A DNA stretch of 64,000 nucleotides, taken from positions 5,952,001 to 6,016,000 of the forward strand of contig OZ241986.1 of NCBI GenBank assembly GCA_965204375.1, read 5' to 3'. The translations under genes were made by a program, and so were the position numbers. This document shows positions 28,801 through 36,539 of this stretch, piece by piece (the stretch's first letter is position 1; the number at the start of each line of letters is the position of its first letter). Origin of the DNA: Candidatus Latescibacterota bacterium. Its GTDB lineage: Bacteria > Latescibacterota > UBA2968. The notes beneath the pieces are model-generated. The model was not told where the DNA came from, ran no database searches, and saw only the letters and a program-made list of their open reading frames with translations.

Positions 28801-29138
28801 TTCTGGTCGATCACATCAACAGATACCGAAAACAGGGACTTGTTCGCCGCGATGCCATTATTCGCGGAGGGCAAGATCGCCTGCGTCCGATTATGATGAC
28901 CGCCACAACCACCATTATTGGCCTGATGCCGCTGGTTATTCCGATGCTTTTTGGCCATGCCGAAGGTACAGCCCGCCGCTGGGGTCCCATTGGTCTGGTA
29001 GTAGTATCGGGGTTGTCCATTTCAACAATTCTGACGCTTGTTCTCCTGCCCACGATGTATTCCCTGATGGATGATCTCTCCCAATTTGCCAGGCGCGTTG
29101 TCGCAGTGGGATCGCGGATGAAACGGATTGAGGGATGA
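25854..29138 (+). CDS. RND efflux transporter permease (AcrB/AcrD/AcrF family)
   Basis: P.EIE..ITRP.EE, GMLVD..VV.LENI, LFESY.HP, GIVVNNGIVLVD, RLRPIMMT. Confidence 0.92.
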   Translation: MKLSRFAIFKPISTIMIALSLVVMGFISLFKLPLEYLPSVTFPVLFVSIRYPSSSPEEIERFITRPVEEILGTMPGIENMGSTSNESSSTIRLEFAMDADMDLVGIHLRDRLDQVRADLPEDVDYIGIKSFDTEDIPALEYTVSWLGEDPEDLFVVYNQRLLPRLQRLDGVASVELRGLQQKDLLVEVDQRAMTAHKLDFRTINRALRRNNINISAGYVTDGDRRFAVRSVGEFETVDQIRNLPVRRNLTLSDVASVTYDYPPARRFDRLDGIPSLYLSVHKSSTANMVDVCKRAREELARINEEVGKDKFRMLLVRDQSTDVIASITSLSQSAIMGGLLAVIAIFIFLRNFRSTLIIGSAIPISALTVFLIMYFLRQSGTDITLNLISMMGLMVAIGMLVDPAVVALENIFRKCFDEGQSATQAALEGSEEIGLPVLAATLTTVCVFVPVIFVTDSGTSLFMRQFSVTVVVSVIASFCVALSLIPLAASRAFNKGGQTLDRVLKSIFVLAASVGVGAYMYYTDFSKIDYAGLWDAFASTIAGLPLFAKIGFPAAMALTIFLYFRYRGIGARAFYARVVANTLHYRWATLSVACVLLFLGNHIYGKIEQAPFRYQPTRAIRLTVEMPRTYDLEQASNTFKIAEDMLIPMKEELDIEAIATKFNTGNRQGKRNALLTIYLTSAEESKLTTDEVQHRVIALLPKDIPGVRFRPRGGKSGGTAGVGVELKGRKQEILEVLAEDIEMSMQGMPGVHEIETSLETGMEEIRVVVNRERAQRYGISPRDIATNIASALGSRGASHFKTPDGEIDITVQLREEDRANLEQLKTTEFESDKGGMVTFSSLADFNLIQGPNAISREDRMPTLTVFASTEQKAVFSVGQIMKARMEDVPLPEGYTYQMDRRFKSMDAKRDQDFETMIFALILIYIIMASLFESYVHPLTIMFCIFFAFIGVALGLYTFKIAMDSNAKYGLLVLFGIVVNNGIVLVDHINRYRKQGLVRRDAIIRGGQDRLRPIMMTATTTIIGLMPLVIPMLFGHAEGTARRWGPIGLVVVSGLSISTILTLVLLPTMYSLMDDLSQFARRVVAVGSRMKRIEG

Positions 29139-29150
29139 CGCGGATTAAAA
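29110..29150. repeat. Left arm of palindromic GGAT-unit repeat element
   Basis: GATCGCGGAT-GAAACGGAT-TGAGGGAT-GACGCGGAT-TAAAA, overlapping the last RND codons; homologous to 35034-35073. Confidence 0.7.
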
Positions 29151-29181
29151 AACTGTTTTGTCTAATAAATTCGATGATGAT

Positions 29182-29511
29182 TCACAGCCCAATCTCCTCC
29201 TTGATCAGGGACCACGCCTTTCCTTTGCCAGCGTCCAATTCCCGTTCCGCCTCAGCAATGTCTTCTATGACTTCCGGCTCTAAATTGAGCAAAGCAGTTT
29301 CACGCCATTCAGCGAGAAAAGTCGAAAGCACTGCGGCATCTTTTTTCTTTTTTGATATCTGTGTTACCAGCGAGAGCAATTGCGCGAAAAACTCGACGAG
29401 TTCCTCGGTTTCCAACCACTTGAGCCAATCAAAGGATTTGGAAGTCGCAATAGATTTGACGAGTAATTGGTCATCCAAGAGGCGTCCAACGACAAGTTTG
29501 GGCTTTTTCAT
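29182..29511 (-). CDS. Putative antitoxin-like small protein
   Basis: GGAG RBS; C-terminus EWRETA…EVIEDIAEAERELDAGKG.AW..IKEE resembles RelB/Phd-type toxin-binding tails. Confidence 0.6.
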   Translation of the reverse strand: MKKPKLVVGRLLDDQLLVKSIATSKSFDWLKWLETEELVEFFAQLLSLVTQISKKKKDAAVLSTFLAEWRETALLNLEPEVIEDIAEAERELDAGKGKAWSLIKEEIGL

Positions 29512-29560
29512 CTAAAACTCCGTGTAGCAGGGATATTGAGTTTCTGCAAATTATACACTG

Positions 29561-29881
29561 TCAAATTAAAGCCACATCGATAGTTTTCTCTTTTTTGTGG
29601 CTTAATTTTGGACGTACTCGGATTTCAATATGGTGATCCAGTTTTCCCAATAGCGAGAACAGGCAGTCGATGGTAAAACCCTTTAATCGACCGTTTCTCA
29701 GTTCCGCCATTTTGGATCGACTTATCCCCAAAAAATCCGCAGCTTTCTTTTGGCTCATTCTCTGATCGGCAATCAAGCGGTTGATCTTATATGCCAGCTT
29801 CGCTTTTGCCAATCTTTCATCGGAGGAAGGAAGCCCCAGATCCTTAAAAACGTTTCCCGAACTGCGGGTATAGTCTGCCAT
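29561..29881 (-). CDS. HigA-like XRE-family HTH antitoxin
   Basis: SSGNVFKDLGLP, HTH SQKKAADFLGISRSKMAEL..G, FTIDCL. Confidence 0.88.
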   Translation of the reverse strand: MADYTRSSGNVFKDLGLPSSDERLAKAKLAYKINRLIADQRMSQKKAADFLGISRSKMAELRNGRLKGFTIDCLFSLLGKLDHHIEIRVRPKLSHKKEKTIDVALI

Positions 29882-29884
29882 GAT

Positions 29885-30250
29885 TTATTCTCCTTGTGCC
29901 AACTCTTGCGCTCTCTTTAATCTACTTCTGATGAGAGCGATTTCTCGTCTCGGTGTTCCGATGCCTCTTTTGGATTTCTTTTGAAAAGCGTGTAGCACAT
30001 AGATTACATCACCGATTTTGGTGGTGTACACCGCGCGATAGGTATTGCTTGCGTAATTACTTCGGATTTCCAGGACGCCCGAAAATCCTTTTAAAGGTCC
30101 GGCTTTCGGGTGTTTATCCCCAATTTGTGCGATATAGAGCGCATACCCCATTTCATCTTGAACATCTGCGGGAAATTTCTTCAGATCCTCGTGTGATGAA
30201 CGAATCCAAACTACAGATCTTATCCCGCGTTCTTGTCCGATCTCTCTCAT
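29885..30250 (-). CDS. RelE/ParE-family (HigB/Gp49-like) toxin
   Basis: DLKKFP..VQ..MGYAL, GVLEIR…TYRAVY…IYVLHAFQKKS; toxin-first order; start 30250 or 30289. Confidence 0.88.
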   Translation of the reverse strand: MREIGQERGIRSVVWIRSSHEDLKKFPADVQDEMGYALYIAQIGDKHPKAGPLKGFSGVLEIRSNYASNTYRAVYTTKIGDVIYVLHAFQKKSKRGIGTPRREIALIRSRLKRAQELAQGE

Positions 30251-30358
30251 CCCGAATCCTGTGCTTAACCCCTTTTTATTTTCATTCAAGTTGTGGCTTG
30301 GCGATAGATAATAAAAAATACAAAAAACGCTTAGCTACCCAAAAAGAAAACTCCACAG

Positions 30359-33300
30359 TTATAGTTGAATTTTTATTTCCTTCAGTTTCTGTTTCTGTTC
30401 CGATGGAATGTCTTGTTTTAGAAGCTTATCGATGAGTTCCTGTCCTGAAGCAACCCATGTATAGTTCGTGCATTCCCATAAATAAATCAACAACTTTGCT
30501 AACGCTTCAGGATGACGCTGTGATAGATCGCTTTTATTGAGTCTATCTATCTCCCAATAATTCTCCAATTGGACCTTTTGCATCTGGACTGCTAAATCAA
30601 CGGTTTCGGGAAATACCGCTGTTAAGTGCGGTAGCCAGTTAAGCATGGATACGATCTCACCAGACTCAAGAGCCGCTGGCACACCTTGTAAACGGTTTTT
30701 CCAATATTGCTTGAGCCAACGTTGCCACAATTCCTGTTGTGCGGCTTCATCCAGGTTCTGCAAACAGCGACTCAGGTTGAATACAAATTCCTGTCTGGCC
30801 TCAGGACTGTCCAATTGAAAAAGTGCGAGAATCCATTTATCAAAAGGGTCATCAACGAAATATACAAGCATTTCGGTGTAGTAATTGATAAACTGATCGC
30901 GCTGATCAGCGAGATCGCTGTCAACCAGCTCAACCGCCTTGAGGAAAAGATCAGCCATGACATCAGCTACAGCCGAATTGAGATGTCCCCCAGTGAGGAA
31001 GCCGTCCCATGCTGCTTGGAAATCACTATTTCCCGGATCAAAAAGCGGGAGCAAATTTTCCCGTGTCCATGCTTCATCAACATCCAGCAGGAAGGCAAAT
31101 CGGCCTGCGAGAATTGTCCGTCCACGTCTGCCGGGTAGCTTTTGGTCCTGTATGATGCCCGACAGTACCTGGTGATACTCATCACTGAGAGCCGTTGGCA
31201 CGGGGTCTTGCTGCTGTCGCCAGAGTACAAACCCCGATAGCCAAAAATTGATCAAGGTCTCCACCGGCGAGGTCTGATCAAGATGATGCCACAAATTCGA
31301 AGCAATTTTATTGGCCTGTGGGAGTAAGTTCAAGGCATAGGAAGTACCGCCATTCTTTACCAGCGCGTACAGTGCATCAGCGACCGCATTGTGATGTTCC
31401 GGATACAAAGTGCTCTTGCCGAGCCAGCGGAGCACCTTACTGTGCTTGTCTTCATCCAACTTCATCTCTGACCAGGATCTTATCAAGATTGACCAGAGAT
31501 CAACATTCCACTTTCCATCCCTGGCCAATGCGTCGGCCAATTCAATCCCCCAATCAAAATTTTGTTTTATTTCTTCTGCAACAACAACCAGGAGTCCTCT
31601 ACGGCTGGGACCATCCCATTTCTCACCTTGGAATGACAACAAATTGTCAAGCCAATCAACAGGCGGTTTTGCCAGTAATTCTTCAACAGTCCAGGGACTT
31701 TCTAAGGATACTGGGCCTGACTCAAACCAGTGTGTAAGGTCTGGATGTTCGCTTGGCTCGAACGAGTAATTTTCTAATACCTCATCCAGGGCCTGCTTGG
31801 CCAGGGGACAGTTAGGGTCTAATTTATGGAGCCAGTCAAACCAATCGAAATGATTACAGGCGGTGCGCCTTTCCCTTTCGGGGTCCTCATCGTTCCACCA
31901 GCGATATGTCCGCACATCTTTAATGAGGGCTTCTCGATGTTCCGAGCCAGCCTCGGGATAGACTCTCTTTACTGCTACGAATATTTCGTGGTGAACACAC
32001 CAATCGTGTAGCCCTATATGTGTTAGCAACCAATCAATTTTGTCGTCTGCTGTCAGGTCTTCGCGTTTGGATACCCCATGCACCGCCAACCGGCGTAGCA
32101 GTGGTGCATCTGAATCCACAAGTCGGTCGCACCACTGCGCCGCAGTTTCTGCTTGATTCGAGGCCAACCATTCGAGGCAGTCGCGGGCTATATCAATCAA
32201 CAGGTCAATCGGTTTAGGATAATTGTCCTGGTCGTGCGGCTCAATGGCCGAGCGTCTATGGCTCGCACGTTCATAATCGCGGTTTGCCTTTTGCCAGGCG
32301 TGCGATGTGAGGTACTGTTCTTTTAGACGCCTGATAACCAGATCAAGTAAAGGTTCGGCTATTTGAGATAATTTTGGCTTCAGACCGCCCTCCCACAGTC
32401 TTTCTAAGTAGAAGTGGTCTATCAGCAGCAATTCCACATCGACAGAAGAACTCTCATTATCTTCATCATCATCAGGCCAGATGAAGTCTTTCTTGATTAT
32501 TAGGCGGCTGCTCGCCATTGCATCGAAAACCTGCAACAGACTGTCTAACATTCCCTGCTTAATACAATGTTCTCCCAGCCATAACAGATGATCGGTGCTT
32601 ACATCATCATGAACGGTAGCAAGAAAAAGTGAAATCCAGCGGGATGAAATGTCCTTATCCAGCGGAGTTTCCTCCCTCCCAATAGTCCAACCCAGAGCAT
32701 CCCAGAAATGCGGATTCAGACGCATATTGTGCTTACCAATCAGCAGGAATAACTTATCCGCCTGATCGCATGCGAAGTTCTCTGCCAACCACCGGGACAA
32801 GTCTCGATCTCTATCGTTGAGAGTGCCATCCTCAAACAGCGCATTTAAAATCTCGCGCTTATCAAGCCAATCAATCCATTTCGGATCTGATGCCGCTTTT
32901 GTGAAGAATCGGGTCCTTGTAGCATCCCCAAGTGCATCCTCAATGAGATCTGCGGTTTCTTCGTCAAGAGGTGGTGTTTTTTCCGCGATTGCGGTAATCT
33001 CGCGGTGCCAGCCAAGGACATCGCGTCTGACATATTCGGCCATACGGCGGACGCCCTCGTATAGTGCGCTATAATCGTGATTGTCTGATTGTGGATAGCT
33101 GATAGGTTCGATCCCGAGTACGTCCCAACGGTCTGCGTTATCGATCTTGTCACCGATTAAAGCAAAACGCCGGTCAATTTCGCCTACTGGAAGGGCACGC
33201 GCCAGATAATTCATAATGGTATCATCGTGGCTATAGCCTACAAAAAGAACTGTGAAAGAAGAGAATAAATCGCCAAGAAAACGCCGTGCCCATCCCTCAG

Positions 33301-33820
33301 TCAGATAGGCACGACCAAAATCTGCGTCCGTAATCACCATCTCATCAGAATGACTGACTGCGCCGTGTACGTGGACGATGCCGTTGAACTGATGCCCCAG
33401 GGGCAATGCGGGTGACCGAAATACCTCGGGCTGGCTATCGTTGAAAACACCTTCTGCCGCTTGCTCGAACAAAAGGTCGAAATTCGTAGTAACGATGCGA
33501 ACTTGCCCGGTATTGGAATAGAGCCGTAGAAGATTCCGGTGCAGATCAGTAGCTTTCAGACCTGGTGGTGATAGCTCTTTTACGGCGCGGACGTGGACAT
33601 TTACTCCATCATGTTGCAATCGTCCAAGGAAACGATCTATCTGCTCTCCGTCCTGCAAAGTTTTGTCGGTTCCTTTCGCGATTCTATTCGCTAAGTCTTC
33701 GAAATTCGGAAGGCAAGCAGGCTCACCCATCGAAACGCCAGCCCCAGCGAAAACCACCAGTTCACCGTCGCGCAAGGCATTTAACAGTGGTTTGGGAAAG
33801 TCAATATTTGCAATTTTCAT
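30359..33820 (-). CDS. SIR2-domain NADase with long C-terminal (DUF4020-like) region, Dsr1-like defence sirtuin
   Basis: VVFAGAGVS, TTNFD, HVHG, DFGRAYL, FVGYSHDD; ~900-aa helical C-terminus. Confidence 0.82.
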   Translation of the reverse strand: MKIANIDFPKPLLNALRDGELVVFAGAGVSMGEPACLPNFEDLANRIAKGTDKTLQDGEQIDRFLGRLQHDGVNVHVRAVKELSPPGLKATDLHRNLLRLYSNTGQVRIVTTNFDLLFEQAAEGVFNDSQPEVFRSPALPLGHQFNGIVHVHGAVSHSDEMVITDADFGRAYLTEGWARRFLGDLFSSFTVLFVGYSHDDTIMNYLARALPVGEIDRRFALIGDKIDNADRWDVLGIEPISYPQSDNHDYSALYEGVRRMAEYVRRDVLGWHREITAIAEKTPPLDEETADLIEDALGDATRTRFFTKAASDPKWIDWLDKREILNALFEDGTLNDRDRDLSRWLAENFACDQADKLFLLIGKHNMRLNPHFWDALGWTIGREETPLDKDISSRWISLFLATVHDDVSTDHLLWLGEHCIKQGMLDSLLQVFDAMASSRLIIKKDFIWPDDDEDNESSSVDVELLLIDHFYLERLWEGGLKPKLSQIAEPLLDLVIRRLKEQYLTSHAWQKANRDYERASHRRSAIEPHDQDNYPKPIDLLIDIARDCLEWLASNQAETAAQWCDRLVDSDAPLLRRLAVHGVSKREDLTADDKIDWLLTHIGLHDWCVHHEIFVAVKRVYPEAGSEHREALIKDVRTYRWWNDEDPERERRTACNHFDWFDWLHKLDPNCPLAKQALDEVLENYSFEPSEHPDLTHWFESGPVSLESPWTVEELLAKPPVDWLDNLLSFQGEKWDGPSRRGLLVVVAEEIKQNFDWGIELADALARDGKWNVDLWSILIRSWSEMKLDEDKHSKVLRWLGKSTLYPEHHNAVADALYALVKNGGTSYALNLLPQANKIASNLWHHLDQTSPVETLINFWLSGFVLWRQQQDPVPTALSDEYHQVLSGIIQDQKLPGRRGRTILAGRFAFLLDVDEAWTRENLLPLFDPGNSDFQAAWDGFLTGGHLNSAVADVMADLFLKAVELVDSDLADQRDQFINYYTEMLVYFVDDPFDKWILALFQLDSPEARQEFVFNLSRCLQNLDEAAQQELWQRWLKQYWKNRLQGVPAALESGEIVSMLNWLPHLTAVFPETVDLAVQMQKVQLENYWEIDRLNKSDLSQRHPEALAKLLIYLWECTNYTWVASGQELIDKLLKQDIPSEQKQKLKEIKIQL

Positions 33821-33854
33821 GTCGGTAGTATCCGTATAAGTGTAAAAGGGCGAA

Positions 33855-33965
33855 ACGGATTAAAACCTCATTCTCCGCATACTTTCCAACCTCCTCATAA
33901 TCTCCAACCCCTAATCCGCGTAATCTGCGTAATCTACTAAATCCGCGATCCAGACAGTTTCCACC
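33855..33965. repeat. Right part of palindromic GGAT-unit repeat element
   Basis: CGGATTAAAACCTCATTCTCCGCA…AATCCGCGTAATC…ATCCGCGATCCAGACAGTTTCCACC, direct homologue of 35065-35158. Confidence 0.75.
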
Positions 33966-34036
33966 GCCGCAATTTCTGCCGCCGTCAGTCAGTACAATGC
34001 ACTTTGATCTATCTCCCCTTCCTACTCGCTGGTGTC
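33959..34036 (-). pseudogene. Remnant of the C-terminus of a type IIG (Eco57I-like) R-M enzyme
   Basis: Translates DTSE*EGEIDQSALY*LTAAEIAAVE, matching the typical 'DTS.LE.EID.LVY.LYGLT.EEI..VE' tail, with two nonsense codons. Confidence 0.6.
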
Positions 34037-34038
34037 CG

Positions 34039-35016
34039 TCACCCTTGCGTCAGCATCGCCGCGATGTCTTCTGGCAACTTCACAGCATATATCCGCTCAA
34101 ATTCCGCCACATTATTATGTAATTCACGAAATATCGAAATAATATCTACGCCCATGTATTTGGCAATGGTCAGGTCTGATCTGGCGTTATTCCAATTTCT
34201 CAAGTGTAACGAAGTTACCCCGCGAATGTTATAAATTTTGGCATTATTCGGTTCCAACTCAATCACCTTGTTATAGTCTTTAATGGCACGGTCATAATCG
34301 CCTTTTCCGTAGTAAACAATACCGCGCATTTGATATGCTTCGGCAAAATCTGGTTTCAATTCTATGGCCTTGCTGTAGTCCCTGATAGCGCGGTCAAGCT
34401 CGCCTTCTCCGTGATAAGCTCTGCCGCGATTGTAATAGGCAACGGGATAGCGCGGGTTGCGTTTAATTACATGTGAGTAGGCTTCTATCGCCTTGTCGAT
34501 TTGTCCTATCATCATCAGGAAGTTACCCTGTTGAAATATCCATTCAGGTAATGCTTCTTGATGAGCACTATCAAATGCCTGAGTTTGCATTTCGCCAACG
34601 ACTTTTCGGATACCATCCACCACATTTTGCCAGCCTTTGCTCTCAGGTTGCCATTCGTTAATGGATTTGCCTTTGTCGGGGAGAGCCTCAATGGCTCCGA
34701 GTTGATGCTTTTGCCAATCGCAATCCTCAAGGATAATGGGGATGACTTTTTTATCGACATCTAATGCTTCGCCCAATTCCTTATTGCAGTTTTCAGAGGC
34801 AAGACTCGAAGCGGAGACGAGGTAGAGCAGAATGTCCGAATCGGCAAGGTTGTTGGAAATATCCTCATACCACTTGTCACCGGGGAGGATTTCGTTATCG
34901 TGCCAAATCTTTATCATATCTTGTTTTTTCATTACATCAAGGCGCATTATTAATTCATTCTTTGCTGCTTTATCCTTATGCGAATAGGTAATGAATATCT
35001 TGAGTGGTTTGCTCAT
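34039..35016 (-). CDS. TIR domain + TPR repeat protein
   Basis: IFITYSHKD, IWHD.EILPG, S..SENCNKE (putative catalytic Glu), VIPIIL; 4-5 TPRs (AYYNRGRAY…); ATG 35016 after AGGAG. Confidence 0.88.
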   Translation of the reverse strand: MSKPLKIFITYSHKDKAAKNELIMRLDVMKKQDMIKIWHDNEILPGDKWYEDISNNLADSDILLYLVSASSLASENCNKELGEALDVDKKVIPIILEDCDWQKHQLGAIEALPDKGKSINEWQPESKGWQNVVDGIRKVVGEMQTQAFDSAHQEALPEWIFQQGNFLMMIGQIDKAIEAYSHVIKRNPRYPVAYYNRGRAYHGEGELDRAIRDYSKAIELKPDFAEAYQMRGIVYYGKGDYDRAIKDYNKVIELEPNNAKIYNIRGVTSLHLRNWNNARSDLTIAKYMGVDIISIFRELHNNVAEFERIYAVKLPEDIAAMLTQG

Positions 35017-35033
35017 TCTCTTTTCTCCTTTTT

Positions 35034-35158
35034 GATCGCGGATTAGCGCGGATGAAAGGATTTCACGGATCACAACCTCATTCTCCGCACTATTTCCAAT
35101 TCCTAATCCGCGTCTTCCGCGTAATCTGCTTCATCCGCGATCCAGACCAGTTTCCACC
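35034..35158. repeat. Intact ~110-bp palindromic (REP/MITE-like) element
   Basis: Terminal inverted 10-mers GATCGCGGAT (35034) and ATCCGCGATC (35133-35142) with internal GGAT/ATCC units. Confidence 0.75.
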
Positions 35159-35321
35159 TCACCAACATAATATACCCACATTCCGAAAGAGTAGCCTTGC
35201 CTTTTTCAAATTCCGTCTTATTTTGCATAAAGCCTTAAGTGCGGAATAAAAAAGAAACGTTTGCCATTATAAATCACTTTATCGATGCTGATATCGATAT
35301 TCATATTTCGGAGGGAAGAAG

Positions 35322-36536
35322 ATGAATCCACTTGAAGTACGTTTGAACCAATTAGAGATGCGCGTAACGCGCTACCGCAATTTCAATATCTTGTTGTGTC
35401 TACTGCTGGTGGCAAGTGTCACGGTTGCTGCAACGGATGGTATATCGCCATTTCAGGCGAAATCAGCGCTTAATCCCATCCCAATGCCCAAAGGCAACGT
35501 CGGAGTTCCCGATTTACCAAAAGAAGATATACCTGCTGCGAGGTATCCAGATGCACATAGAGCGGGCAAAGTGGCGGCACAGACGTACGATGTGATTCGT
35601 ACAAAGGAATTGCAGATTGTAAACGATGCAGGAGAGAGGGTTATTCATATGATGGGTTCCATCGCCCCTGGTATTAGTTGGGTCAGGTTCGAGGATGCTG
35701 TTATCAGGGTTGAAGGTTTAATCTCTGTCGAAGGTTCAATCTCTGTCACTGATGATTCAGTTCCATCAAAAAAATTGGTTTACATTGGCTCGTCAGCCTC
35801 AAGCGGCGATGGATTGGTATTGATCAATTCAAAAGAAGAAAAGAACCTGATTGAACTGGGATCAAATTTTGAGACTGGAGATGGTCTCATCAATATCAGA
35901 AACAGAAATGAAGAGAGTTTGATTAGTTTGAATACGAGCGAGAGGTCTGGCTGGATAAGAATAGACAAAACTGGAAAGGAAAATTTGGCGTATCTGGGTG
36001 CAAGTACTTTGGGTAATGGACTTTTGAGTTTGAGTAACAAATCGGGAAAAGATATGGTGTCTATGTTTGCAGAGGATATGTCTGGTCATCTACAACTGTG
36101 GAATAACAACGACAAGACGATTGCTTATTTGGGGACATATTCTGACTATTTGGGGACACATTCTGATGGAAGCGGGGTCTTGGAAATCTTCTCCAAAACA
36201 GGTACAGAACTTATTACTGCAGGTTCAAACACAGCCGATAATGGATTGATCAGGGTAAGTAATAGCTATGGCACTCTCGGTGTTTGGATCGTTGGCGCAA
36301 ACGAACAGGGATACGTTGGAATACAGGATAACCGGGATCGACTTATTGCAGAACTTACAGCGACAGCAGGCGGCAATGGGCTTGTTCGTACATTATCCCC
36401 AGAGGGTATCACGACCTGGTCAAGCAATTCTGTTCAAGTCAACACGGGTTCATCCTTAAGGGGTGATATGGACAATGATGGCGATATTGATGGCGACGAT
36501 TTTCTCATCTTCTCTGAAAACTTCGGCAAAAGGTAA
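35322..36536 (+). CDS. Membrane-anchored beta-repeat protein with C-terminal dockerin/EF-hand-like module
   Basis: Short coiled coil + TM, ~10 repeats of 'G.G.L.I.N..G..L..L', GDMDNDGDIDGDDFLIFSENFG. Confidence 0.75.
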   Translation: MNPLEVRLNQLEMRVTRYRNFNILLCLLLVASVTVAATDGISPFQAKSALNPIPMPKGNVGVPDLPKEDIPAARYPDAHRAGKVAAQTYDVIRTKELQIVNDAGERVIHMMGSIAPGISWVRFEDAVIRVEGLISVEGSISVTDDSVPSKKLVYIGSSASSGDGLVLINSKEEKNLIELGSNFETGDGLINIRNRNEESLISLNTSERSGWIRIDKTGKENLAYLGASTLGNGLLSLSNKSGKDMVSMFAEDMSGHLQLWNNNDKTIAYLGTYSDYLGTHSDGSGVLEIFSKTGTELITAGSNTADNGLIRVSNSYGTLGVWIVGANEQGYVGIQDNRDRLIAELTATAGGNGLVRTLSPEGITTWSSNSVQVNTGSSLRGDMDNDGDIDGDDFLIFSENFGKR

Positions 36537-36539
36537 TGG

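Noticed and set aside
30359-35016. Canonical Thoeris
   Set aside because: The SIR2 protein is ~1150 aa with no evident SLOG domain and the TIR is TPR-fused
29139-35160. Integron cassette array
   Set aside because: No intI, and the repeats lack RYYYAAC…GTTRRRY attC ends
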